A stretch of 35,193 nucleotides of DNA, from IMG/VR virus record IMGVR_UViG_3300042377_001068, positions 1-35,193 of that record; one strand, written 5' to 3'. The stretch comes from a virus. Taxonomy: Duplodnaviria; Caudoviricetes. A program made the position numbers and the translations under genes. Below the pieces are notes generated by a model that saw only the letters and a list, made by a program, of their open reading frames with translations, did no database searches and had not been told where the DNA came from. Positions 27,101 through 35,193 of this stretch are shown here, one piece after another; position 1 is the first letter of the stretch, and the number at the start of each line of letters is the position of its first letter.

Positions 27101-28159
27101 TTAACTATAATTAAACATTATTGTTTCTCCCAAACTTACTTCACTTGCACTCAATACAAATCCAAGTGTCGTGCCCGTTGAACTATTTCGTATAATAGAA
27201 TTGTTTGCTGATTTTTTTGTGAATGTAATATCTCTAAATCTGCCAATATAGTTTGTATTAAATTCTGTTATTGCACATTTGATAGGATGTGTTACGGTTT
27301 TTCCAGACAATGTTGTATAATATGCAGAAGGCGAAAATCCTTGATTAGAATTAAATTTTTCAATGCTACCATATCTTGTTGAATTTTGAGATGGGGCAAA
27401 TACAATAAATCTTGGATAGCCAATAGAACCGGTGGTGTAATTGTGAGTAAATGCTTGTATCGTCGAGCCATCTGTTAAAAATGTTGCGCTTAGTGCTCCC
27501 AACACTGGACCAGTTGATGTAACACCATATAATCTACCATCTGTTTCAGCATCAAATGAGGATGTTGGAGAAGATTGTTCTGGATCTACTATAGCACCAG
27601 CAATACCGCCATAATTTGAATTGCCACTTGTTTCATAAAAGAATATAGACAATGCTTCTTTTGATTCATAAATTGTGATTTTATCTCCTACACTTATAGA
27701 AGAAGCTGTCGGTGAAATTGCTACATATCCTGTAGAATATGATCCACTACCAAACGGGTATGTACTATTATATTGAATGAATGAGCCACTGGCATTTTTA
27801 ACATTTGCTATATAAACATAGTTGGCAGTTAGTGCCGGTTCATTACTTGCTGTTTGTGGCAATGATGTTGTGGTTGAAGTAGATTCACGTCCGGCAATAA
27901 TAACAGATTGACTAACTTGAGTTTGATATGCCGGAAACATATATAATGCTTCTGTTTTTGATGATACAGTGACTTTGGTTGGAATTTGCCATGCACTACC
28001 ACTACCGACAACACGAATTGAACCATCAAAATATACAGAACCTGTCATCATGTCGTATATATTATCTAACAGTCTACTCACACTTTGAGTTGCGGAAGTC
28101 CCAGCATACCATAAAGTACGTGTTGGCAATTTTCTCCATTCTAATGGTTGTAAGCTCAT
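27101..28159 (-). CDS. WRKLP-family paralog A1
   Basis: Family blocks; DPEQSSPTSSFDAE. Confidence 0.85.
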   Translation of the reverse strand: MSLQPLEWRKLPTRTLWYAGTSATQSVSRLLDNIYDMMTGSVYFDGSIRVVGSGSAWQIPTKVTVSSKTEALYMFPAYQTQVSQSVIIAGRESTSTTTSLPQTASNEPALTANYVYIANVKNASGSFIQYNSTYPFGSGSYSTGYVAISPTASSISVGDKITIYESKEALSIFFYETSGNSNYGGIAGAIVDPEQSSPTSSFDAETDGRLYGVTSTGPVLGALSATFLTDGSTIQAFTHNYTTGSIGYPRFIVFAPSQNSTRYGSIEKFNSNQGFSPSAYYTTLSGKTVTHPIKCAITEFNTNYIGRFRDITFTKKSANNSIIRNSSTGTTLGFVLSASEVSLGETIMFNYS

Positions 28160-28162
28160 ATG

Positions 28163-28786
28163 TTATGTTGATCCTGTTGTATATCCTATATTTGTAAATA
28201 TAGGCGTCATTGAAGATGTTATTGAAAATAAACTAATAATTAATTCAATTGCATCCGGATACTCTATATAATTATATGTTATATCATTGAATGTTGGTGC
28301 CATTGAAGATGTTATTGAAAATAAACTACCAATATTTAATTCAATTGCATCCGGATAATCTCGCATTGTATTGCTATTAAAATCAATAACTCTTGGTAAA
28401 GCAATTGCGGAAAAATATACCTCATTATCTATCGTTGGAACTAATGTGGCATTTTTTATAGCAGGTATTGACCATCCCGCTGCTCCATTTTTTACAGTTA
28501 AATATGGCCAAGCATTGCCACCATAATTTACTCCTAGATATGCACCCGTTGGTGGAGCATATGTTGTAGTAACGCCAACAGGATCAAATCCTATAATAGC
28601 TTCAACACTTGATGAAGGTAGATTAAAACTACTAGATAGCCAACTGCCACTAGCATTGCTGGCAAACGCCGCTGTAACGAAATATAATCCATAACTGGCT
28701 GTTCCTGTTAAATCAGCCACAATAGACGGCACTTGCATTATACTGCCGCTAATAACGTCACTTTTATATGTTATAAATTTTGCCAT
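28163..28786 (-). CDS. Adaptor-like paralog B1 (207 aa)
   Basis: Shared B N-domain; duplicated YPDAIEL...SLFSITSSM in tail. Confidence 0.8.
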   Translation of the reverse strand: MAKFITYKSDVISGSIMQVPSIVADLTGTASYGLYFVTAAFASNASGSWLSSSFNLPSSSVEAIIGFDPVGVTTTYAPPTGAYLGVNYGGNAWPYLTVKNGAAGWSIPAIKNATLVPTIDNEVYFSAIALPRVIDFNSNTMRDYPDAIELNIGSLFSITSSMAPTFNDITYNYIEYPDAIELIISLFSITSSMTPIFTNIGYTTGST

Positions 28787-28891
28787 ATTTTATATTAATT
28801 ACATAAGCAACGTTGCACAATATATGAACTATTGTAAAAATCTAGTTTGTGCATTGCTTTCATGATGTTAAAATAATGGCTATTTTTTATA

Positions 28892-31800
28892 TTATAGATC
28901 GTATATTGTGCCTAAAGTTATATTACCGAAAGAAGCATTACTGTCTGTTGTACCATCGCCGCTAGTTGTAATAAGACGTAGATATACCAGTGCTTGAGCA
29001 CCTGCTACAATAGCTTCTTTGCCACTGTTCTTTGTGCCCGTTGAACCTAGACTTACGGTTGGATAATTACTACCATTTGCTGTTAAGTAATTCCATGTAG
29101 ATTCATCTGTAGAATATTGTACTCTTATATCACCTAGTGTACTTGTTGTACCAGATTCAACGCGAACCATCAGACTGCATGATGTTACATTAGTTAAATC
29201 TGCTTGTATGCGAAGTTCTGTACCAATTTCAATTTCGCCGGATGTAATATTTGTAATAGTTGTAATAGCATCAGATGTGGCAATGAACGGAATATATGTT
29301 GTGATTTGCTTGTTTAATGCACCGCCGCCACCACCGCCACCATTTAAAGCGTATGAAGCAGTAAGTGCATACGAAGATGATACAACATTATTTGCCCAGC
29401 TACTTGTAATTTCATATAACGAGCCTGTTACAAGTGTTGTTCCACCACCGCCACCACCGCTACCACCACTTAAAGCATAACTTGCTGTTAAAGCAAATGC
29501 ACTATACGAAGAACTATCAATCGAGCCGAGCAAGAATGATGCTGTAGCAGCTTTAACTGCCCAACTACTTGTACCGAACAATGATGATGTAACTGCGGTT
29601 GCAATCAAAGTACCATTGATATTAGCATTACCATTTACATCTAATGGATATGCTGGAGTTGATGTATTAACACCTACAAATGATCCTGTAACAACAAGTG
29701 CATTTGTACCAAAGCGTCCCATTGATACTCTGTCATCAGCATATACTTCAAAGATTGGAAAGCCTGGATAATCGTAAATTTGAGCAAGTGCGCTTGATGA
29801 AACATCGCTGATACTCATTATACTTTGTCCAGATGGACCAGCAAATACAATACTACCACCAGATGCTGCCATACTGATACTACCAGAACTATCTGGGAAT
29901 ACAATAACAGATGCGGTGATTTGACCAAAGGTTACATTACTTCCGGTATTAAATGCAAGATCTGCTCCGTTTGTTAATTGAGCACTGCTTGACACCATAT
30001 TAGCCGGTGTATATCCACTGGTTCCGCTTGTGCCTGTTATACCAGAAGAACCAGATGAGCCGCTATCGCCACTTGTACCGCTTGAACCGGAGGCACCAGA
30101 AGCGCCACTGGTTCCAGAAGAACCGGTCAATCCGCTAGTGCCACTTGTGCCAGAAGAACCTGACGAGCCACTGGTGCCGGTAGAACCTGACGAGCCGCTG
30201 GTACCATCTGTACCGCTCGACCCAGAAGAACCACCTGCGCCGCTTATACCACTGGTACCTGCTGTACCACTTGAACCACTGGTGCCGGTAGAACCTGACG
30301 AGCCACTTGAGCCATCTGTGCCAGAGGAACCACTTGTTCCTGTAGATCCAGATGAACCACTTGTGCCAGAAGAACCTGATGAGCCACTGGTGCCGGTAGA
30401 ACCCGACGAGCCGCTGGTACCATCTGTACCGCTTGATCCAGAAGAACCACCTACGCCGCTTATACCACTGGTACCTGCTGTACCTGCTGTACCACTTGAA
30501 CCACTTGAGCCATCTGTACCAGATGAACCACTTGTGCCAGAAGAACCTGACGAGCCACTGGTGCCGGTAGAACCTGACGAGCCACTGCTGCCATCTGTAC
30601 CAGATGAACCACTTGTTCCTGTAGATCCAGATGAACCACTTGTGCCAGAAGAACCTGATGAGCCACTGGTGCCGGTAGAACCTGACGAGCCGCTGGTACC
30701 ATCTGTACCGCTTGATCCAGAAGAACCACCTACGCCGCTTATACCACTGGTACCTGCTGTACCACTTGAACCACTTGTGCCATCTGTACCAGATGAACCA
30801 CTTGTACCAGATGAACCACTTGAGCCGGTAGAACCTGACGAGCCACTTGAGCCATCTGTGCCAGAGGAACCACTTGTTCCTGTAGATCCAGATGAACCAC
30901 TTGTGCCAGAAGAACCTGACGAGCCGCTGGTACCATCTGTACCGCTTGATCCAGAAGAACCACCTACGCCGCTTATACCACTGGTACCTGCTGTACCACT
31001 TGAACCACTTGAGCCATCTGTGCCAGAGGAACCACTTGTTCCTGTAGATCCAGATGAACCACTTGTGCCAGAAGAACCTGATGAGCCACTGGTGCCAGTA
31101 GAACCTGACGAGCCACTTGAGCCATTTGCTCCGCTGGTACCAGAAGTTCCGCTAAAACTTAAAGCGTATGAAGCAGTAAGAGCATAACTTGATGTACCAA
31201 ATAGTGACGATGTTATACCGCCGTCTACATTCATACTACCTGTTAGTATAAAGCTACCAGTTAATAACAATGCTCCACTGATTTCAAGAGTATCTGCATT
31301 AGTAGAGAAAAGTGTGCTGCCACTATCACCTGTTGCACTAAATGCACCAGATACAGATAACGAACCTGTAATAACAACAGATTGATTTAGTACATTTACA
31401 AACGAAGCTGTTTTTGCAGTTAAAGCAAAACTTGATGTACCTAAAAATGTGTCTGTGCTTGCTTCGTCTATATTAGCCCAAGCAACATAACTTGCTGTCT
31501 TGGCATTTAGCACAAACGATGCGGTTTGAGCCGTAGTTACAAACGATGCGGTTTGTGCAGTAACAATATATGATGCTGTTGCAACATATGATGCCGTTTG
31601 TGCTGTGGTTACAAATGACGCTGTTAGTGCAAATGATGCTGTTGTAGCAAGTGAAGCAGATTGCGCCCAGCTACTTGTGATGTTGTATAATGAGCCAGAT
31701 GTTAAAGCAGCCCCACCACCACCGGCAGAGTTAAGAGCATACGATGCAGTTAATGCTTGTACTGCATAACTTGATGTACCAAAAAGTGAAGATGTTATGC

Positions 31801-32659
31801 CACCATTTACATTTAAACTTCCTGTTAAAATCATTGAACCTGTAACAAGTAAAGAACCTGTAATTTCAATAACATCGCCGTCAATAGTAAGTGGAGTATC
31901 ACCAGCAAGTGAACTATAACTCATAGAACCTGTAACCACAATCGCACCAGAAACTACAAGAGTTTGATTTAGTTGAGTTACAAATGATGCTGTTCTAGCA
32001 AGTGAAGCTGTTTGAGCAAATGAAGATGATAATACAAATGATGCTGTTAGTGCTGTATTAGCAAAACTTGATGTACCAAGGAATGTATCTGTGCTTGCTT
32101 CTTGTACATTTGCCCAAGATATATATGACGCGGTTATAGCAAATGATGCTGTATTTGCCCAGCTACTTGTAATGTTATATAACGACCCAGATGTTAGTGT
32201 TGTTCCACCACCACCGCCAGCAGAGTTAAGAGCATAACTAGCAGTAAGTGCATATGAGCTTGAACCAAATAAACTACCTGTGATACCAGCCGATACACTT
32301 AATGAACCTGTTACTAGTACACTGCCGCTAACATCAAGATTTGTTTGTGGAGTTGATTTACCCACACCTACTCTGCTACCTGTAACAACAAGTGCATTTT
32401 TATTAAATTGACCCATTACTACTTTGTCATCACTTGATACTTCAAGTATTGGTAAACCAGAAATGTCACTAACAGACATTAAGCTGCCGGACATATTATC
32501 AACAATACTAAACAACGATCCTGATTTGCCCATGAATGCAACTTGACCTTCTGGCAATACTTCTAATCTGATACTAGCAGACGAGTTTACGCTGCCACTG
32601 AATTGTATCGTTGGACCGCTGGTTGTGCCTCTATTGGGTGTTATTAGGATATCTGACAT
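28892..32659 (-). CDS. Long tail fibre-like protein with collagen-like Gly-X-Y stalk
   Basis: 1255 aa; duplicated P(I)(L/F)EV..DD.V.MG.F..NALVVTGS domain; TAS(F/Y) repeats; roughly 125 G-X-Y triplets. Confidence 0.85.
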   Translation of the reverse strand: MSDILITPNRGTTSGPTIQFSGSVNSSASIRLEVLPEGQVAFMGKSGSLFSIVDNMSGSLMSVSDISGLPILEVSSDDKVVMGQFNKNALVVTGSRVGVGKSTPQTNLDVSGSVLVTGSLSVSAGITGSLFGSSSYALTASYALNSAGGGGGTTLTSGSLYNITSSWANTASFAITASYISWANVQEASTDTFLGTSSFANTALTASFVLSSSFAQTASLARTASFVTQLNQTLVVSGAIVVTGSMSYSSLAGDTPLTIDGDVIEITGSLLVTGSMILTGSLNVNGGITSSLFGTSSYAVQALTASYALNSAGGGGAALTSGSLYNITSSWAQSASLATTASFALTASFVTTAQTASYVATASYIVTAQTASFVTTAQTASFVLNAKTASYVAWANIDEASTDTFLGTSSFALTAKTASFVNVLNQSVVITGSLSVSGAFSATGDSGSTLFSTNADTLEISGALLLTGSFILTGSMNVDGGITSSLFGTSSYALTASYALSFSGTSGTSGANGSSGSSGSTGTSGSSGSSGTSGSSGSTGTSGSSGTDGSSGSSGTAGTSGISGVGGSSGSSGTDGTSGSSGSSGTSGSSGSTGTSGSSGTDGSSGSSGSTGSSGSSGTSGSSGTDGTSGSSGTAGTSGISGVGGSSGSSGTDGTSGSSGSTGTSGSSGSSGTSGSSGSTGTSGSSGTDGSSGSSGSTGTSGSSGSSGTSGSSGTDGSSGSSGTAGTAGTSGISGVGGSSGSSGTDGTSGSSGSTGTSGSSGSSGTSGSSGSTGTSGSSGTDGSSGSSGSTGTSGSSGTAGTSGISGAGGSSGSSGTDGTSGSSGSTGTSGSSGSSGTSGTSGLTGSSGTSGASGASGSSGTSGDSGSSGSSGITGTSGTSGYTPANMVSSSAQLTNGADLAFNTGSNVTFGQITASVIVFPDSSGSISMAASGGSIVFAGPSGQSIMSISDVSSSALAQIYDYPGFPIFEVYADDRVSMGRFGTNALVVTGSFVGVNTSTPAYPLDVNGNANINGTLIATAVTSSLFGTSSWAVKAATASFLLGSIDSSSYSAFALTASYALSGGSGGGGGGTTLVTGSLYEITSSWANNVVSSSYALTASYALNGGGGGGGALNKQITTYIPFIATSDAITTITNITSGEIEIGTELRIQADLTNVTSCSLMVRVESGTTSTLGDIRVQYSTDESTWNYLTANGSNYPTVSLGSTGTKNSGKEAIVAGAQALVYLRLITTSGDGTTDSNASFGNITLGTIYDL
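30013..31150. repeat. Hierarchical 9-nt-period Gly-X-Y tandem repeat
   Basis: GTAGTSGISG(V/A)GG anchor recurs four times, 216, 279 and 234 nt apart. Confidence 0.9.
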
Positions 32660-32674
32660 AGTTTAAGAGTTATG

Positions 32675-32682
32675 TATAAATA
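32675..32682 (-). promoter_or_regulatory. Recurrent upstream octamer
   Basis: tataaata 15 nt upstream of ATG 32659. Confidence 0.55.
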
Positions 32683-32710
32683 CTATATAGGATATAGAAT
32701 CGTGTTATTT

Positions 32711-33439
32711 TTAAAGTCCAAATCTTGATTTATTTGAGTTGTAGTTTTGTAGTAACTGCGATGCTGTTAATTCTCCGGTATAAAGTCGATAACTTGCTAT
32801 ATTTCCTTTCATATAACCATTTGTTACATTGCATCCACTGTTTCCGTCTGCGCCTATTATATTACAGTTGGAACCTTCTCCACCCGCCGGTCCAAAATTA
32901 TTTGAACCCACCGCTATTTGAGCACCGTTTATATAAATTTTATAAGATGATGCTGTATTTTTGTTACCGCCGGTATAAACAAATTGCATGCATATCCATT
33001 TATTTATATAATCACTGTTTGTCACAGGAGTGCCATATTGTGTGGATAATCTAAAAGTGGGTATAATATTATATGTTCCCGACGGGTTATACAACACAAT
33101 GAAAAATTCACTGTCTTGTTTAATTCTGATTGGCATTATATACTCACCACTAGCTAAAGTTTTATTAATATACCACCACAGTTCTCCGGTAAATGCACTG
33201 GTTCCTGTACCAACTATATTCTGGCTACCAATAGATATATAATCATTAGTTCCATCAAACACAATACTACCACCATCTGCACTATTAAATGTTGGACCGT
33301 TAGTTAATGTTCCATTATTATTGTTGCCGCTCAAGTCACTCCAACTTGTTCCACTTTTTGGATAGCTTTTAATATTAGCAGCATCAAGGCTTAATACTAA
33401 ATTATCTGTAACAGATTTAATTGGTGCCATTACACTCAT
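32711..33439 (-). CDS. LamG/concanavalin A-like lectin domain virion protein
   Basis: LVLSLDAAN.KSYP.SGTSW.DLSGN.N.GTL.NG...FDGTNDY; KIYING; G.IA..RLY...LT...LQNYN..K.RFGL. Confidence 0.85.
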   Translation of the reverse strand: MSVMAPIKSVTDNLVLSLDAANIKSYPKSGTSWSDLSGNNNNGTLTNGPTFNSADGGSIVFDGTNDYISIGSQNIVGTGTSAFTGELWWYINKTLASGEYIMPIRIKQDSEFFIVLYNPSGTYNIIPTFRLSTQYGTPVTNSDYINKWICMQFVYTGGNKNTASSYKIYINGAQIAVGSNNFGPAGGEGSNCNIIGADGNSGCNVTNGYMKGNIASYRLYTGELTASQLLQNYNSNKSRFGL

Positions 33440-34143
33440 AGTGCAAACCTTCCTTTAGTTGCGTTATAGTTTTGTAAGATTTCGGATGCTGTTAGTGCTT
33501 TGTTGTATATTGATAGTTGTGCTATGTTTGAATTTGAAAAATATAGTGTCCTTCCTCCGCCAATATTATATTTTCTTGTTGGATTTAAATCGTAATAATT
33601 AGCAGTATTTCCAGAATAACTTCCAGAAAATACTGCATTTAAGTAAATAGTCAATAGTCCTGTACTTATATCTCTTGTCAATGTGACATATTTCCATTGA
33701 TTTAATCCTAAAGACCCTGCACTTGTGTCGATCATATTAATATTAGAACCGTTTGTAGTAGGTCTTCCCCATATTTGCCAACGATTATCAAATTGATACA
33801 TCGCCAGTCCTGCACCAGCGTTCACTCTATATCCATTTGTTTCAAAAAATACTCTATATCCTCCAGTGTTTGTCTTCGCATAATACCATAAATTAATAGT
33901 AAAACTATCACTAAAAGTACTAGTTGTTTCTTGAGTATCAACATAATCATCACTTCCATCAAACACAATACTTCCACCATTTGCACTACTAAATGTTGGT
34001 CCATTAACCAATGTTCCAGCATTTCCATTGCCACTCAAGTCGTTCCAACTTGTTCCACTGCTTGGATAACTCTTATTATTACCAGCATCCAAGCAAAGCA
34101 CAAGTCCATCTGATACAATTTTTGGTCCGTTGTTATAACTCAT
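33436..34143 (-). CDS. LamG/concanavalin A-like lectin domain virion protein
   Basis: Same N- and C-terminal blocks; NQWKYVTLT, IYLN; ATGA overlaps with neighbours. Confidence 0.85.
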   Translation of the reverse strand: MSYNNGPKIVSDGLVLCLDAGNNKSYPSSGTSWNDLSGNGNAGTLVNGPTFSSANGGSIVFDGSDDYVDTQETTSTFSDSFTINLWYYAKTNTGGYRVFFETNGYRVNAGAGLAMYQFDNRWQIWGRPTTNGSNINMIDTSAGSLGLNQWKYVTLTRDISTGLLTIYLNAVFSGSYSGNTANYYDLNPTRKYNIGGGRTLYFSNSNIAQLSIYNKALTASEILQNYNATKGRFAL

Positions 34144-34811
34144 AGTGCAAACCTTCCTTTATTTGCGTTATAGTTTTGTAATATTTCTGATGCTGCGAGT
34201 GCTTTGTTGTATATTGATACTTGTGCTATGTTTCCAGTAAACCAATCTCTTTGTCCGCCGGGAAGACCATCATTAATTGTTCCTCCTAAACTTAAAGCGG
34301 TAGTATCCAAAGATCCAGCACCACACACTGTCGTATTTATATTAGTAATACCGTCACCATAAACTGTTAAGGAAGTTCCCAACCTTACCATCACTAAAAA
34401 GTGCCATTGATTATTACTTAAAGTTATAGAATTATAATCAGTGCTCTGTTTTACCCCCCCTCCCCACAAAGTAGGACTGTTGTTTGATCCAAACCAAAAT
34501 CCTGTGTCAAATTTTTTGTCAGCAATTCTGGCATATCCAATACTAGAGATACTCTTAAACCACGAGCATATAGTAAAATCATTTAATTGTGTAGTGTATG
34601 ATGTCTGCGTATAATCATTCGTCCCATCGAAACTCAAAGACCCCCCATCGGCACTATTATACCCAACTCCATTCACGAGAGTTCCATTATTATTGTTACC
34701 GCTCAAATCAAACCAACTTGTTCCACTGCTTGGATAACTCTTAGTATTACCAGCATCCAAGCAAAGCACAAGTCCATTTGTTACAATTTTTGGTGAGTAT
34801 AGCGTTGCCAT
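34140..34811 (-). CDS. LamG/concanavalin A-like lectin domain virion protein
   Basis: Same blocks; FTICSWFK, NQWHFLVMV, F.GNIAQVSIYNKAL. Confidence 0.85.
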   Translation of the reverse strand: MATLYSPKIVTNGLVLCLDAGNTKSYPSSGTSWFDLSGNNNNGTLVNGVGYNSADGGSLSFDGTNDYTQTSYTTQLNDFTICSWFKSISSIGYARIADKKFDTGFWFGSNNSPTLWGGGVKQSTDYNSITLSNNQWHFLVMVRLGTSLTVYGDGITNINTTVCGAGSLDTTALSLGGTINDGLPGGQRDWFTGNIAQVSIYNKALAASEILQNYNANKGRFAL

Positions 34812-34847
34812 ATATGTAACTTTATAAACTATATTTAGCTATGATCT

Positions 34848-35114
34848 TCACGCACCAGAACCAGAATTTGGAGATGTCCATTCTGCTGTTGCTAATATAT
34901 CTAATATTTCAGTATATGTATATGGTCCTTCTGTGCCTGTTAGTGTAGCTACAAAAGATGGAGTTTCATTGTCCCATTTAACAAATGTTTTTGAGCCATC
35001 AACTGATTTTCTTACAGTGTCAGATGATGTTTCGCATACAGCTGTAAAGTCTACAGATTCTAATTGGGAAACTGGGAATATTAAAAAGTTTCTATTTTCG
35101 TATAATTCGCTCAT
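34848..35114 (-). CDS. Small acidic phage protein adjacent to LamG genes
   Basis: 88 aa; ETS..TVRKSVDG.KTFVKW and YT..EIL.IL...EW pattern recalled from phage fibre regions. Confidence 0.75.
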   Translation of the reverse strand: MSELYENRNFLIFPVSQLESVDFTAVCETSSDTVRKSVDGSKTFVKWDNETPSFVATLTGTEGPYTYTEILDILATAEWTSPNSGSGA

Positions 35115-35129
35115 GGTATTTATGTGTGT

Positions 35130-35193
35130 TTAGTATTCTACTGTTAATTTTGATATATCTTTATTCAATAAACTGTTGTTTTTTATGAATTCG
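35130..35193 (-). CDS. C-terminal fragment of an upstream gene (partial)
   Basis: Open frame ...EFIKNNSLLNKDISKLTVEY* ending TAA at 35130-35132. Confidence 0.4.
   Translation of the reverse strand, partial: EFIKNNSLLNKDISKLTVEY

Noticed and set aside
20717-28159. Diversity-generating retroelement or invertase shufflon behind the paralog diversity
   Set aside because: No reverse transcriptase or recombinase in the window, no adenine-specific template/variable repeat pair noticed, and all copies are full-length and co-oriented. A trans-acting element elsewhere cannot be excluded.
30013-31150. Possible CRISPR array
   Set aside because: 9-nt periodic in-frame coding repeat with no unique spacers and no cas genes.
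30030-31187. 385-aa + strand ORF and 68-89 aa alternate-frame minus ORFs
   Set aside because: Shadows of the G-X-Y repeat; the short ORFs simply track the super-repeat period.
1-35193. Stop-codon reassignment as in some jumbo phages
   Set aside because: Standard-code ORFs tile the minus strand densely and core genes (sheath, tube, fibres) are intact.

Overview
This is a late/structural region of a large, AT-rich, contractile-tailed (T4-superfamily-like, probably jumbo) bacteriophage. All convincing genes lie on the minus strand. In transcription order (right to left) it holds: three tandem LamG/ConA-like lectin paralogs; a 1255-aa fibre with a long Gly-X-Y (Ser/Thr) collagen-like stalk; an ~8 kb block of six ~350-aa paralogs and three 'adaptor-like' paralogs that appears to be a duplicated [adaptor + A/A'/A'' triplet] cassette; two mosaic tail fibres with GC-rich imported distal modules (one ending in a peptidase S74 chaperone); small tail-associated genes; tail sheath; a Hef-like homing endonuclease; a HAD nucleotidase, a nucleotidyltransferase and a flavodoxin-like protein; tail tube; a second Hef-like endonuclease; and three proteins sharing an MK(K/R)SEL(K/R) N-terminus. 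A T4-late-promoter-like octamer (TATAAATA) recurs upstream of genes but on the template strand. No rRNA, tRNA, CRISPR array or reverse transcriptase was seen. All product calls come from motif recognition by eye, not database searches.
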